Assembly (NCBI GenBank): GCA_039030915.1
Contig: JBCCDG010000004.1
Coordinates: forward strand, 27,102-91,101
Length of the DNA: 64,000 nucleotides
Source of the DNA: Pseudomonadota bacterium
GTDB taxonomy: Bacteria; Pseudomonadota; Alphaproteobacteria; Rhodobacterales; Rhodobacteraceae
Direction of reading: 5' to 3'
Positions 1 through 9,076 of this stretch are shown here, one piece after another. The position numbers and the translations under genes were made by a program. Each line of letters begins with the position of its first letter. The first letter of the stretch is position 1. The notes under the pieces were generated by a model. The model ran no database searches. It worked only from the letters and a program-made list of their open reading frames with translations, and was not told the DNA's origin.

Positions 1-97
1 GACGGCGGCCCCGATGCGGTAGCGAGGCATCAGAGCGCCACTGGCAAGGGCCCTTGGCGCGCGCTAAGCCGGAAGCCCGCTGCCGACGGAGGATCCC

Positions 98-640
98 ATG
101 TCCCGCATCGACGAGACCCGCGCATTCATCCCGCTCAACATCGCGGTCCTGACCGTCTCCGACACGCGCAACCCCGATGATGACCGATCCGGCGACACAC
201 TGGCGGCGCGGATCGAGGGGGCGGGCCACAGGGTGGCGGCAAGGGCGATCGAGAAGGACGACCGGACCGCGATCGAAGCGCGGCTCAGAGCCTGGATCGC
301 GGATGACGGCATCGACGCGGTGCTCTCGACCGGCGGCACCGGGCTTACCGGGCGCGATGTTACGGTCGAGGCGCATCAGGCGGTCTACGAAAAGGAGATC
401 AGCGCCTTCGCGACCGTCTTCACCCATGTCTCGATGGCGAAGATCGGCACCTCGGCTGTACAGAGCCGGGCCTGTGCGGGCGTGGCGGGCGGAACTTATC
501 TCTTTGCACTGCCCGGCTCGCCCTCCGCCTGCCGCGACGCCTGGGACGAGATCCTCGTGCTGCAGCTCGACTATCGCCATCGACCCTGCAACTTCGTCGA
601 GATCATGCCACGGCTTGAGGAGCATCGGCGCAGAAAGTGA
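98..640 (+). CDS. moaB: Molybdenum cofactor biosynthesis protein B
   Basis: 180 aa with MoaB/Mog motifs IAVLTVSDTR, STGGTGLTGRDVT and LPGSPSAC; alphaproteobacterial C-terminus LDYRHRPCNFVEIMPRL. Confidence 0.95.
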   Translation: MSRIDETRAFIPLNIAVLTVSDTRNPDDDRSGDTLAARIEGAGHRVAARAIEKDDRTAIEARLRAWIADDGIDAVLSTGGTGLTGRDVTVEAHQAVYEKEISAFATVFTHVSMAKIGTSAVQSRACAGVAGGTYLFALPGSPSACRDAWDEILVLQLDYRHRPCNFVEIMPRLEEHRRRK

Positions 641-762
641 GCGGCGAGGTTCAACGTTTTCTTCAGCGTACTGCTCTAGGGCTTGCGCAGGGTCGGCTTG
701 CGCGGCGGTGTCGTATGTCGGCCTTGAGCGGGCGAAAGCGGGCAGGAGGCGGCGGCAAGGCT

Positions 763-1152
763 GTGAACTGGCTGAACAAGGTGAAGGGCGAGCAGGCGGC
801 GTTGCTCGACACGGCGTATCTCGACCGGCTGCGCCATCATCTCGGCGAGGAGGTGGTGGATGAGCTTCTGTCGGACGGGGAGCTGGAGTTGACGGACAAG
901 ACGGCGCAGCTCGGACGTCAGGCGGCGGAAAGCGATGCGGAGGGGATGCGCCGCGTGAGTCACGACCTCATCGCGGTCGCAGGCCATCTGGGGTTGAGCG
1001 CACTCTCGCTCGCCGCGGTGGAGCTCAACCGAAACCTGCGCAAAGGCCGAGATTGCGACCGGCTCGAAGCGCTGGCTGCGCCGGTGATCGCGCTGGCGGA
1101 ACGGTCGCTCGGCGCCATGACGGTCCATCGGGACGGGGGGGCCGGGACGTGA
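763..1152 (+). CDS. Stand-alone Hpt (histidine phosphotransfer) domain protein
   Basis: Helical protein with N-terminal LLD..YLDRL..HLG and core RRVSHDLIAVAGHLGLSAL, resembling the Hpt pattern H-x-L-x-G-x-A-G-x-x-G. GTG start at 763 chosen because GGAGG lies upstream; the track start is 637. Confidence 0.7.
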   Translation: MNWLNKVKGEQAALLDTAYLDRLRHHLGEEVVDELLSDGELELTDKTAQLGRQAAESDAEGMRRVSHDLIAVAGHLGLSALSLAAVELNRNLRKGRDCDRLEALAAPVIALAERSLGAMTVHRDGGAGT

Positions 1153-1803
1153 GCCGCTCATCTATCCTTGCCGGTCTCGGCGACGGTGATGCTCCCCTAA
1201 CTGGTCCGGAATTGCCGCCTTCCTGCACCGCTCGACAATCGATGCCTCGGGTAGCACAGATCGGCGGAATTCTCCCGACGGGCGGGTAGCGAGGCGCTTC
1301 CACTTGCGGGAGGAGACCGGCCGCAAGGCGTTTGGGAGGGCTTCTACTGCCGAGGCTGCGCTTCGAGTGGGGCTGGGCGCAGGGCGTATCGACCTTGCGT
1401 AAACATGGCTGAAACGGATGACCTGAACGGCAGTGAATGGATGAGCGTGAGCCGATCCCCGGGACGATGCGAAGCGAGTGAGCGGGTGGGCTCGCCTCTG
1501 TTCGACGCCGTTTTCCCAAGCCGCGGGTCGCTACGATCATGCAGGTTTCTGTCGGGTTCGACGGGGTGGTATCGGGCGCGGCAAGAGCACGCGCGCGGAC
1601 ACAGCCGGATCTTCGTCTCTACCGGCTCTCCACGTCGGAAGGAGGCGCACGCAACGGCGGGTCGCCGTGGACTGCGTGCTGGTCTAGTGTCCGCCCGCAG
1701 TGCCGGGCACTGTGGGCGCCGTGCCACCGAGAAGCCGGCCCCGTTCTGACAGGACCGGAAGCGGCGCCGCCTGCGTCGGGTCCGGGTGAATGAGGTTGAG
1801 GCC

Positions 1804-3219
1804 ATGACCGAGCGCGAGACGCCAGCACCCACCGATGAGAACGCAGGGCGGAGCCCCATCGCAATCCATCTCATCGAAACCGCCGGGCTGGAAGCCTATA
1901 TGGCGTCGCTTGAGGCCAGCGATGCCGCCTGGATTGCCGCCAATGGCTTTCGAGGTAAGCTCGGGCAATCGCTGACCATACCCGGCCCGGACGGCGCGAT
2001 CGCCTCGGTTCTTGTCGGCTGGGGAAGCGCCGCGGACCGCAGGCGCACGCGCTTCGCCCTCGGCCGCTTCGCCGCCGACGCGCCGGGCGGAACCTATCGC
2101 CTCGCGACCGCGCTCGAGCCCGACAGTGCGGAGGAGGCAGCACTCGCCTGGCTCCTCGCACGCTATCGTTTCGAACGTTACCGAAAGGCATCGGCGACGC
2201 CGGACGCGGAGCTCCTGGTTCCCGACGGCGTCAATGGCGAGCGCCTCGGGATCATCGCCGAAGGCGTCTTCTTCGTACGCGACCTCATCAACACTCCGGC
2301 CAGCGATATGGGCCCCGAGGGCCTGGAAGCGGCCGCGCGGAAACTCGCGGAGCGGGACGGTGCGACGATCGAGATCACGGCGGGCGACGCACTCCTCGAA
2401 GCCGGCCTGCCGCTGATCCACGCCGTCGGCCGGGCCTCGGCCGCGGCCCCGCGGCTCATCGACATCCGGTGGGGCGATCCGGACCACCCAAAGGTCACGC
2501 TCGTCGGCAAGGGTGTCTGCTTCGATACGGGCGGGCTCAACCTCAAGCCAGGCTCGGCGATGGCGCTGATGAAGAAGGACATGGGCGGCGCAGCGAACGC
2601 CCTCGGCCTCGCGCATATGATCATGGGGCTCGGCCTGCCCGTCTCCCTTCGCGTCCTGATCCCGGCGGTGGAGAACGCGGTCTCGGGGGCCAGCTTCCGG
2701 CCGGGCGACATCCTGAAATCGCGCGCGGGCCTCACTGTCGAGGTCAACAACACCGATGCGGAGGGGCGACTGGTGCTGGCCGACGCACTGGCGCTCGCCA
2801 CCGAGGAAACCCCCGCCTTCATCGCCGATTTTGCGACGCTGACCGGGGCCGCCCGCGTGGCGCTCGGGCCAGAGGTCGTGCCGTTCTTTACCGACAGCGA
2901 AGCGCTGACGGTCGAGCTTGCGGAGGCGGCGCGGCGCACGGCCGATCCTGTATGGCCACTGCCCCTCTGGCCGGGCTATGAGGCGGACATCGAGCCGGGG
3001 ATCGCGGATCTGGACAACGCGCCCTCAGGCAGCATGGCCGGGGCCATCACCGCCGCGCTCTTTCTCAAGCGCTTCGCGGGTGGGGAGGGTGAATGGGTGC
3101 ATTTCGACCTCTACGGCTGGACGCCGAAGCCCAAGCCGGGCCGGCCGAAAGGCGGCGAAGCGCAGGCCATCCGCGCGCTCCTCACCGTGCTCGAGCAACG
3201 CTACGGTGCGAGTGGCTGA
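1804..3219 (+). CDS. Leucyl aminopeptidase, M17 family (PepB-like)
   Basis: M17 motifs VGKGVCFDTGGLNLKP, MKKDMGGAA and NTDAEGRLVLAD. Start is either 1786 (GTG) or 1804 (ATG). Confidence 0.95.
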   Translation: MTERETPAPTDENAGRSPIAIHLIETAGLEAYMASLEASDAAWIAANGFRGKLGQSLTIPGPDGAIASVLVGWGSAADRRRTRFALGRFAADAPGGTYRLATALEPDSAEEAALAWLLARYRFERYRKASATPDAELLVPDGVNGERLGIIAEGVFFVRDLINTPASDMGPEGLEAAARKLAERDGATIEITAGDALLEAGLPLIHAVGRASAAAPRLIDIRWGDPDHPKVTLVGKGVCFDTGGLNLKPGSAMALMKKDMGGAANALGLAHMIMGLGLPVSLRVLIPAVENAVSGASFRPGDILKSRAGLTVEVNNTDAEGRLVLADALALATEETPAFIADFATLTGAARVALGPEVVPFFTDSEALTVELAEAARRTADPVWPLPLWPGYEADIEPGIADLDNAPSGSMAGAITAALFLKRFAGGEGEWVHFDLYGWTPKPKPGRPKGGEAQAIRALLTVLEQRYGASG

Positions 3220-3235
3220 GCGGCGGCGCCGCGCA

Positions 3236-4189
3236 ATGACCGCACCGGGAAGCAGCGCCGAATGGCGTCTGCCCGAGGGGTGCGACCAGCGCCTGACCCC
3301 CGCACGCCCCGACCTCGCCGACGCAGGCCTCGAAGGGATCGTCTCGGCAGAGCGCTATATCCGCCCCCGCCCGGCGCGGATCGCCGTGCCGCGGACCGGG
3401 CTCTACCCGGCGCCGGAGCCCGATGCCCGCCTCGATACGGAGGTCGTCTTCGGCGAAGCGATCGACGTCTATCAGGAACGCGACGGCTGGCTCTGGGTGC
3501 GCAGCAGGACGGACGGCTATGTAGGCTATGCCGCGGCGAGCGCGGCTGCGCCGCCCGGGCCGCCGCCGACGCATCGCGTCGCGGCCCGCGCGGCACTGAT
3601 CTTCGAGGCGCCGGACATCAAGGCGCCGGCCCTGCGCCTGCCATGGCCAGCCCGCGTGAGCGTGCTCGAGACCGTACCGGGCGCCGGCACGCGCGGGCTG
3701 CTCGGGCGGCTCGCCGGCAGCGGCTTCGTTCCGATGGCGCAGCTCGCGCCGCTCGCAAGCCGCACGGGGGACTGGGTGACGGCGGCGGAGGCCCTGATGG
3801 GGCAGCCCTATCTCTGGGGCGGGCGGAGCGGCGACGGTGTCGATTGTTCGTCGCTCGTCCAGCTCGCCCTCGCCACCGCGCATGCGGCCTTTCCACGTGA
3901 CACCGACATGCAGGCAAGTTGTCGGCTGAAGGGCGTCAGCGCCCTGCCGCCGGATACGCGCGAGCTTGCACGTGGCGATCTCGTGTTCTGGCGGGGACAC
4001 GTGGGGATCATGCAGGACGCCACGCACCTCCTCCACGCCAACGCGCATCACATGGCGGTGGCCAGCGAGCCGCTCACCGCAACTGCCGAACGCATCGCCG
4101 CGGCCGAGGGCAGGGAGATAACGACGATCTTGCGTCTCGACCCCGACGCCATGCTAGAGCATCTGGAACTTACGCCGCCGCTCGGTTGA
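3236..4189 (+). CDS. NlpC/P60 (C40) peptidase with N-terminal SH3-like domains
   Basis: GQPYLWGG..GVDCSSLVQ (catalytic Cys), RGDLVFWRGHVGIM, LLHANAHHMAV. Follows the M17 gene, the usual alphaproteobacterial arrangement. Confidence 0.92.
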   Translation: MTAPGSSAEWRLPEGCDQRLTPARPDLADAGLEGIVSAERYIRPRPARIAVPRTGLYPAPEPDARLDTEVVFGEAIDVYQERDGWLWVRSRTDGYVGYAAASAAAPPGPPPTHRVAARAALIFEAPDIKAPALRLPWPARVSVLETVPGAGTRGLLGRLAGSGFVPMAQLAPLASRTGDWVTAAEALMGQPYLWGGRSGDGVDCSSLVQLALATAHAAFPRDTDMQASCRLKGVSALPPDTRELARGDLVFWRGHVGIMQDATHLLHANAHHMAVASEPLTATAERIAAAEGREITTILRLDPDAMLEHLELTPPLG

Positions 4190-4227
4190 GCGGCCGCAGT
4201 CCGAAGCCGCCCAGTGAGGACCGCCGC

Positions 4228-5505
4228 GTGCCGATCCGTCCCCTGACCGTCGCCCTTCTCGCCGCCGCCGTCTGTGTCGCCACCGGTTGCGCCGCGGTTA
4301 CGCGCGATGCGGCCCCCGCCGCACCCTCGGCCGAGGCGCCCGCAGCCGAGCCAGCCGCTTTCACCGCCGGCGATTTCGCGACGTTCGAGGGCTGGCTCGC
4401 CGCCTTTCGCCGCCGCGCCGGCGCCGAAGGCATCGAGCAGAGCACCCTCGACGCCACGCTGACCGGCCTCTCCCCCAATCCGCGAGTGCTGGAACTCGAC
4501 GCGTTCCAGCCCGAGTTCAGCCGCCCGATCTGGGACTATCTCGACAGCGCAGTGTCGGAGACGCGCATCGCCAACGGGCGGGCTGCGATGCAGAGCCGCG
4601 GTCCCCTCCTCGCCAGCATTGAAGCGCGGCACGGGGTCGAACCCCATGTGGTCGTTGCCATCTGGGGGCTCGAGAGCGCCTATGGCGCGAACTATGGTGA
4701 TCTCTCCGTGATCCGCTCGCTCGCGACGCTGGCCTGGGACGGGCGGCGCCGACGCTTCGCGGAGGAGCAGCTGATCGCGGCGCTCAGGAACATCGAGGCG
4801 GGCGACATCGCGCCCGCCGCGATGGTGGGCAGCTGGGCAGGCGCCATGGGGCATACCCAGTTCATCCCCACGAGCTTCCTCGCCTACGCCGTCGACCAGA
4901 CCGGCGACGGGCGGCGCGATATCTGGGACCCCTCCGCCGCGGATGCGCTGGCCTCTACAGCCAATTATCTCTCCAGCTTCGGCTGGGAGACGGGGCGGCC
5001 GGCGGTGGTGGAAGTGTCCCTGCCCACGGGCTTCGACTACTTGCTGGCCGACGGCAGCACCCGACGCACGGCCGCCGAATGGGCAGCGCTCGGCATCCGC
5101 CCGGCCCGCGGCGGCGACCTGCCGGCGGCGGAGGGGGTCGAGATCCTGCTGCCGGCAGGTTCTTCCGGTCCCGCCTTCGCTGCTTACAAGAACTTCCGCG
5201 TCATCAAGCGCTACAACAACGCCACCTCCTACGCGCTCGCCGTGGCGCATCTCGCCGAAAGGCTCGATGGCGCGCCGCCCTTCGTCGCCACCTGGCCGCG
5301 CGGGGACAGGACCCTCAGCCGCGACGAGACGGAGGAACTCCAACGCCTCCTCACCGCCAAGGGCTACGACACGAAGGGCATCGACGGTATCGCAGGGCCC
5401 AACACGCGCGGCGCCGTCCGCGCATGGCAGGCCGCCAATGGCCGCGTGCCTGACGGGTACATCTCGGGCCGGCTGCTGGAAGGCGTCCGCGGCACACCTG
5501 GCTGA
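4228..5505 (+). CDS. Lytic murein transglycosylase (MltB/SLT_2 family) with C-terminal peptidoglycan-binding domain; probable lipoprotein
   Basis: AIWGLESAYG (catalytic Glu), GSWAGAMGHTQFIP, NFRVIKRYNN; PG_binding_1-like LQRLLTAKGYDTKGIDGIAGPNTR. GTG start after GAGGA; lipobox-like VATGC. Confidence 0.93.
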   Translation: MPIRPLTVALLAAAVCVATGCAAVTRDAAPAAPSAEAPAAEPAAFTAGDFATFEGWLAAFRRRAGAEGIEQSTLDATLTGLSPNPRVLELDAFQPEFSRPIWDYLDSAVSETRIANGRAAMQSRGPLLASIEARHGVEPHVVVAIWGLESAYGANYGDLSVIRSLATLAWDGRRRRFAEEQLIAALRNIEAGDIAPAAMVGSWAGAMGHTQFIPTSFLAYAVDQTGDGRRDIWDPSAADALASTANYLSSFGWETGRPAVVEVSLPTGFDYLLADGSTRRTAAEWAALGIRPARGGDLPAAEGVEILLPAGSSGPAFAAYKNFRVIKRYNNATSYALAVAHLAERLDGAPPFVATWPRGDRTLSRDETEELQRLLTAKGYDTKGIDGIAGPNTRGAVRAWQAANGRVPDGYISGRLLEGVRGTPG

Positions 5506-5526
5506 CGCAACGTCAGAAATTCTTGC

Positions 5527-5551
5527 GGAACCATCGAGCTTTCGTCCCGTT
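5527..5551 (+). promoter_or_regulatory. EcfG (sigmaT/RpoE2) general-stress-response-type promoter
   Basis: GGAAC-catcgagctttcgtcc-CGTT is an exact GGAAC-N16-CGTT, 50 bp upstream of the ATG at 5602. Confidence 0.65.
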
Positions 5552-5601
5552 GAATGGGGGTCTGCTCGCTTCGGCGAGCGCCAAGCTAAGGAGGTTTCGC
5601 T

Positions 5602-5979
5602 ATGAAACGCACCCTGATCGGTTCGACCGCCGCCCTTCTTCTCGCCGGCAGCACTGCCTTTGCGACGAGCACGGTGACGATCTACGACGCCAGCCGCATG
5701 GACTTCGAGGTCAAGCGCGGTGTCGTTGAGACGGTCGAACGCCTCTATGGCAAGACCACCGTCTTCTCCGATCCTGCCGAGCTGCCAGCGAGTGTGAACG
5801 CGGCCCTGGTGGAGGGCAGCCAGCTGCCCGCTGACGCCCCGATTGAGCCCATTCCGAGCAAGCTGATCGGTGAGCTTCCGGAAATCGAGAATGCGCGGTG
5901 GGTGAAGGTAGGCGACCACATAGTGGCGCTCGACAACCAGAACGTCGCGCTCATGGTGGTCTACGACGTGCTCGCCTGA
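5602..5979 (+). CDS. Small secreted protein with CigR/RcnB-like C-terminal domain
   Basis: Strong RBS AAGGAGG; Sec signal MKRTLIG...TAFA; C-terminal LPAD.PIEPIP..L.GELP......WVKVGDHIVAL resembles the CigR/RcnB-type pattern. Confidence 0.7.
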   Translation: MKRTLIGSTAALLLAGSTAFATSTVTIYDASRMDFEVKRGVVETVERLYGKTTVFSDPAELPASVNAALVEGSQLPADAPIEPIPSKLIGELPEIENARWVKVGDHIVALDNQNVALMVVYDVLA

Positions 5980-6002
5980 ACCTCACTCCGGTCACACGTC
6001 TA

Positions 6003-6040
6003 AAGAAGGGGCGTCCGCATCCGCGGGCGCCTCTTTTCTT
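6003..6040 (+). terminator. Rho-independent terminator
   Basis: aagaaggggcgtccgc-atcc-gcgggcgcctcttttctt: hairpin with a T tract just after the 5602-5979 gene. Confidence 0.8.
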
Positions 6041-6175
6041 GCGCGCTCCCCTGCGACATCTGACCCACCGACACGCAATGTCGATTCTGATCGACAGGCG
6101 GTCGCCTTGCTCCGCGCCCCTGCCGCCGCCCTGTAGCATGACGCTTCGAAATACTCAGGGTTCGGGAGTGAGACC

Positions 6176-8674
6176 ATGCGCAAGCAGGCACGAGCGGTTG
6201 TCGTTGGCGGGGGCGCCGTGGGGTGCTCCATCGCCTACCATCTGGCGAAGGCGGGCTGGACCGACACGCTGCTGCTGGAGCGCGACGAGCTCACGGCAGG
6301 GAGCACCTGGCACGCGGCGGGTCTCCTCCCCTATTTCAACATGAGCTACGCGACGAGCCACATCCACGACTACTCCATCAAGTTCTACAAGACGTTGGAG
6401 GAGGAGACGGGGCTCAACGCAGGCTTCTCGGTCGTCGGGAACCTGCGCATGGCGCAGAGCCGCGAGCGGCTCGACGAATACATGCTCTACGCCACCACGG
6501 CCGAGAGCATCGGTATCCCCTACGAGTGGCTGAGCCCGAACGAGATCAAGGACCGCTATCCTCTGGTGCACACCGCGGACCTGGTAGGCGCAATCTACCA
6601 TCCGACGGACGGCTACATTAACCCCGCCGACGTCACGCAGGCGATGGCCAAGGGCGCCCGCCAGCGCGGCGTCGAGATCGTGCGCAAGGCCCAGGTCAAC
6701 GCCTTCCGGCGCCAGAACGGCCACTGGATCGTCGAAGGCCACACGATGCACGAGAAGGGCGGCAACCTCGTCATGAACGGCGAGGCGTTCGAGATCGAGG
6801 CCGAGGTGGTGATCACCGCCACAGGCAACCACGCGCAGCGCACGGCCGCCATGGTGGGTTGCTACATTCCTGCCATCCCCGTCGAGCATCAGTACATCGT
6901 GACGGAGCCCGACCCCGCTCTGGTCCAATGGCGCTCCACCAACGGTGAGCACCCCGTGCTGCGCGACGCGGATGCGAAGTGGTATGTGCGTGAGGAGCGC
7001 GGCGGCTGGATCCTCGGGCCCTATGAGCGCAACGCACCAGCCTGGGCCGTCCATGGCGTGCCCGAAAACTTCCGGGCGGACCTTCTGCCTCTCGATCTGG
7101 ACCGCATCGAGGAGGAGTACACCTCCTTCATCCACCGCATCCCGTCGTCGGAGGAGGTCGGTCTCAAGGACGATTTCAACGGCCCGATCTGCTACACGCC
7201 GGACGGCAATCCCCTGGTCGGCCCCGCGCCGGGCGTCGACAACTTCTATTTCGCGGAAGGCTTCAGCTTTGGGATCACCGCGGCGGGCGGCACCGGCCAC
7301 TACCTCGCCCAGATGATCACCGAGGGCGAGGCCGAGATCGACATGTACAGCCTCGATCCCCGCCGCTTCGGGCGCTGGATCAACCGCGAATACGCCGCGC
7401 GCAAGAACGAGGAGGCCTACGAGCACGTCTACATCCTCCACCACCCGGACGAGGAACGCCCCGCCTGCCGCCCGCTGCGCACAGCGCCTTCCTACGATCG
7501 TCTGAAGGCCGAGGGCGCCCAGTTCGGCTGCGTCAACGGCTGGGAGCGGCCAAACTATTTCGGCCCGAAGGACGCGCCCGAGGACTTCGATCACGACGCC
7601 CGCAGCTTCCGTCGCGGCGGCTGGTGGCAGTATGCCGAAGCCGAGGCGCGCGCCGTGCGCGAGGGCGTCGGCATGTTCGACGCCACGGCCTTTACCAAGC
7701 ACACCGTGAAGGGCCCCGGTGCGACCGCCTTCCTCGACTGGCTGACCTGCAACAAGCTGCCGAAGACGGGGCGGATCAACCTCACCTACGCCCTCACCGG
7801 CGCGGGCACCGTCCGCACGGAATTCACGATCGTGCGGCTTGCGGAGGACGAGTATTACCTCGTCAGCGCCGGCGCCGCGCAGGCCTATGACAGCGACTAC
7901 CTCTTCAAGATGGCCGAGAAGAAGCGCGGCGAGCTCGGCTGGATCGAGGTACAGGACGTGACGACCCAGTGGGGCGTCTTCGCCATCGCGGGTCCCAAGA
8001 GCCGTGAGCTCCTCCGCCCCCTCGTAGGCGACGCGGACCCGGCCAGCGCACTCTCCAACAAGCGCTTCCCCTGGCTCTCGATGAGGAAGCTCGACCTTGG
8101 GATGGTTCCCACCATGGCCATCCGCGTCGCCTATACGGGCGAACTCGGCTGGGAGATCCATCATCCGATGGAGATGCAGAACCACCTCTTCGACCGGCTG
8201 ATGGCCGAGGGCGAGAAGGTGGGCCTCAAGCTCTGCGGCGCCCGGGCGCAGAACTGGCTCCGCCAGGAAAAGTCCTACCGCGCCTTCGGCTCCGATCTCG
8301 GCCGGGACGCGACGCCGCTCGAGGCCGACCTCACGCGGTTCGTCGACCAATCGAAGGATTTCAAGGGCAAGGAGGCGATGAACGCGACCGGCATCCGCGC
8401 GAAATGCGTCACTCTCCTGATCGACGGGCCGGCCGACGCCGACCCCTGGGGCCGCGAGGCGCTCTTTGCCGGCAATCGCAAGGTCGGCCGCCTCACCTCC
8501 GGCGGCTGGTCGGTCGCGGCAGGCAAGCAGATCGGCATCGGCTATGTCGACCCTGCGCTGGCCGAGCCCGGCCAGAAGCTCGATTGCCTCATGTTCCGCG
8601 AGCGCTACGCCGCGGAGGTCGTCGCCGAGAGCCCCTACGATCCGGCGAACGCGAAGATCCGCGTCGACGGCTAG
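6176..8674 (+). CDS. Dimethylglycine/sarcosine dehydrogenase-like protein (FAD DAO domain + GcvT domain)
   Basis: VVVGGGAVG FAD motif, AGSTWHAAG (covalent-flavin His), GWERPNYF, AYTGELGWEIH, LRQEKSYR; 832 aa. Confidence 0.92.
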   Translation: MRKQARAVVVGGGAVGCSIAYHLAKAGWTDTLLLERDELTAGSTWHAAGLLPYFNMSYATSHIHDYSIKFYKTLEEETGLNAGFSVVGNLRMAQSRERLDEYMLYATTAESIGIPYEWLSPNEIKDRYPLVHTADLVGAIYHPTDGYINPADVTQAMAKGARQRGVEIVRKAQVNAFRRQNGHWIVEGHTMHEKGGNLVMNGEAFEIEAEVVITATGNHAQRTAAMVGCYIPAIPVEHQYIVTEPDPALVQWRSTNGEHPVLRDADAKWYVREERGGWILGPYERNAPAWAVHGVPENFRADLLPLDLDRIEEEYTSFIHRIPSSEEVGLKDDFNGPICYTPDGNPLVGPAPGVDNFYFAEGFSFGITAAGGTGHYLAQMITEGEAEIDMYSLDPRRFGRWINREYAARKNEEAYEHVYILHHPDEERPACRPLRTAPSYDRLKAEGAQFGCVNGWERPNYFGPKDAPEDFDHDARSFRRGGWWQYAEAEARAVREGVGMFDATAFTKHTVKGPGATAFLDWLTCNKLPKTGRINLTYALTGAGTVRTEFTIVRLAEDEYYLVSAGAAQAYDSDYLFKMAEKKRGELGWIEVQDVTTQWGVFAIAGPKSRELLRPLVGDADPASALSNKRFPWLSMRKLDLGMVPTMAIRVAYTGELGWEIHHPMEMQNHLFDRLMAEGEKVGLKLCGARAQNWLRQEKSYRAFGSDLGRDATPLEADLTRFVDQSKDFKGKEAMNATGIRAKCVTLLIDGPADADPWGREALFAGNRKVGRLTSGGWSVAAGKQIGIGYVDPALAEPGQKLDCLMFRERYAAEVVAESPYDPANAKIRVDG

Positions 8675-8846
8675 ACACAAGGTCGCGGAGAATCGCGGCG
8701 AATCGTTCCGCGGTGGCGTGAAGGAGCAGGCTGTGGACAACGTCCGCTACGCGGGCGCCGGATCTAGCCGCCCCGGCGCGCGTCGCAGCACCACTGCCTC
8801 CCGCGGTGAGACAACGAGGCGCCGCTGGTCCGGGCCCGACGACGAA

Positions 8847-8942
8847 CGGATCGACCACCTGCCCGGGACCCAGGGCACCAAGCCGAAGGCCGCCTCCAAG
8901 GCCGATCCTGCGGGATACTGCCACATCGACATCGGCGACGTG
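8847..8942 (+). pseudogene. IS481-family transposase fragment
   Basis: Translates as RIDHLPGTQGTKPKAASKADPAGYCHIDIGDV, which resembles the IS481 segment ISRLPxxEGxKPxxxKFKxYPxGYFHIDIAEV (recalled, not searched). Confidence 0.6.
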
Positions 8943-9076
8943 GGCTCTCCGACGCTGCGCGGCCGCGACGGACGGGCAACGGCAGCGCGGGGAGAGGCGG
9001 GACCGATCGACCGGTGCTTGCGCCCCGCCCCCGCCCCCTGCACGGTCGGGGTCGACGAAAGCTGCCGGGGTCCCAG

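Noticed and set aside
98-640. moaB as a dedicated partner of xdhABC
   Set aside because: It lies about 47 kb away with housekeeping genes between, and there is no evidence of specific linkage.
6155-8740. 861-aa minus-strand ORF
   Set aside because: Antisense shadow of the GcvT-family dehydrogenase. Long stop-free shadows are expected at about 70% GC, and it has no motifs.
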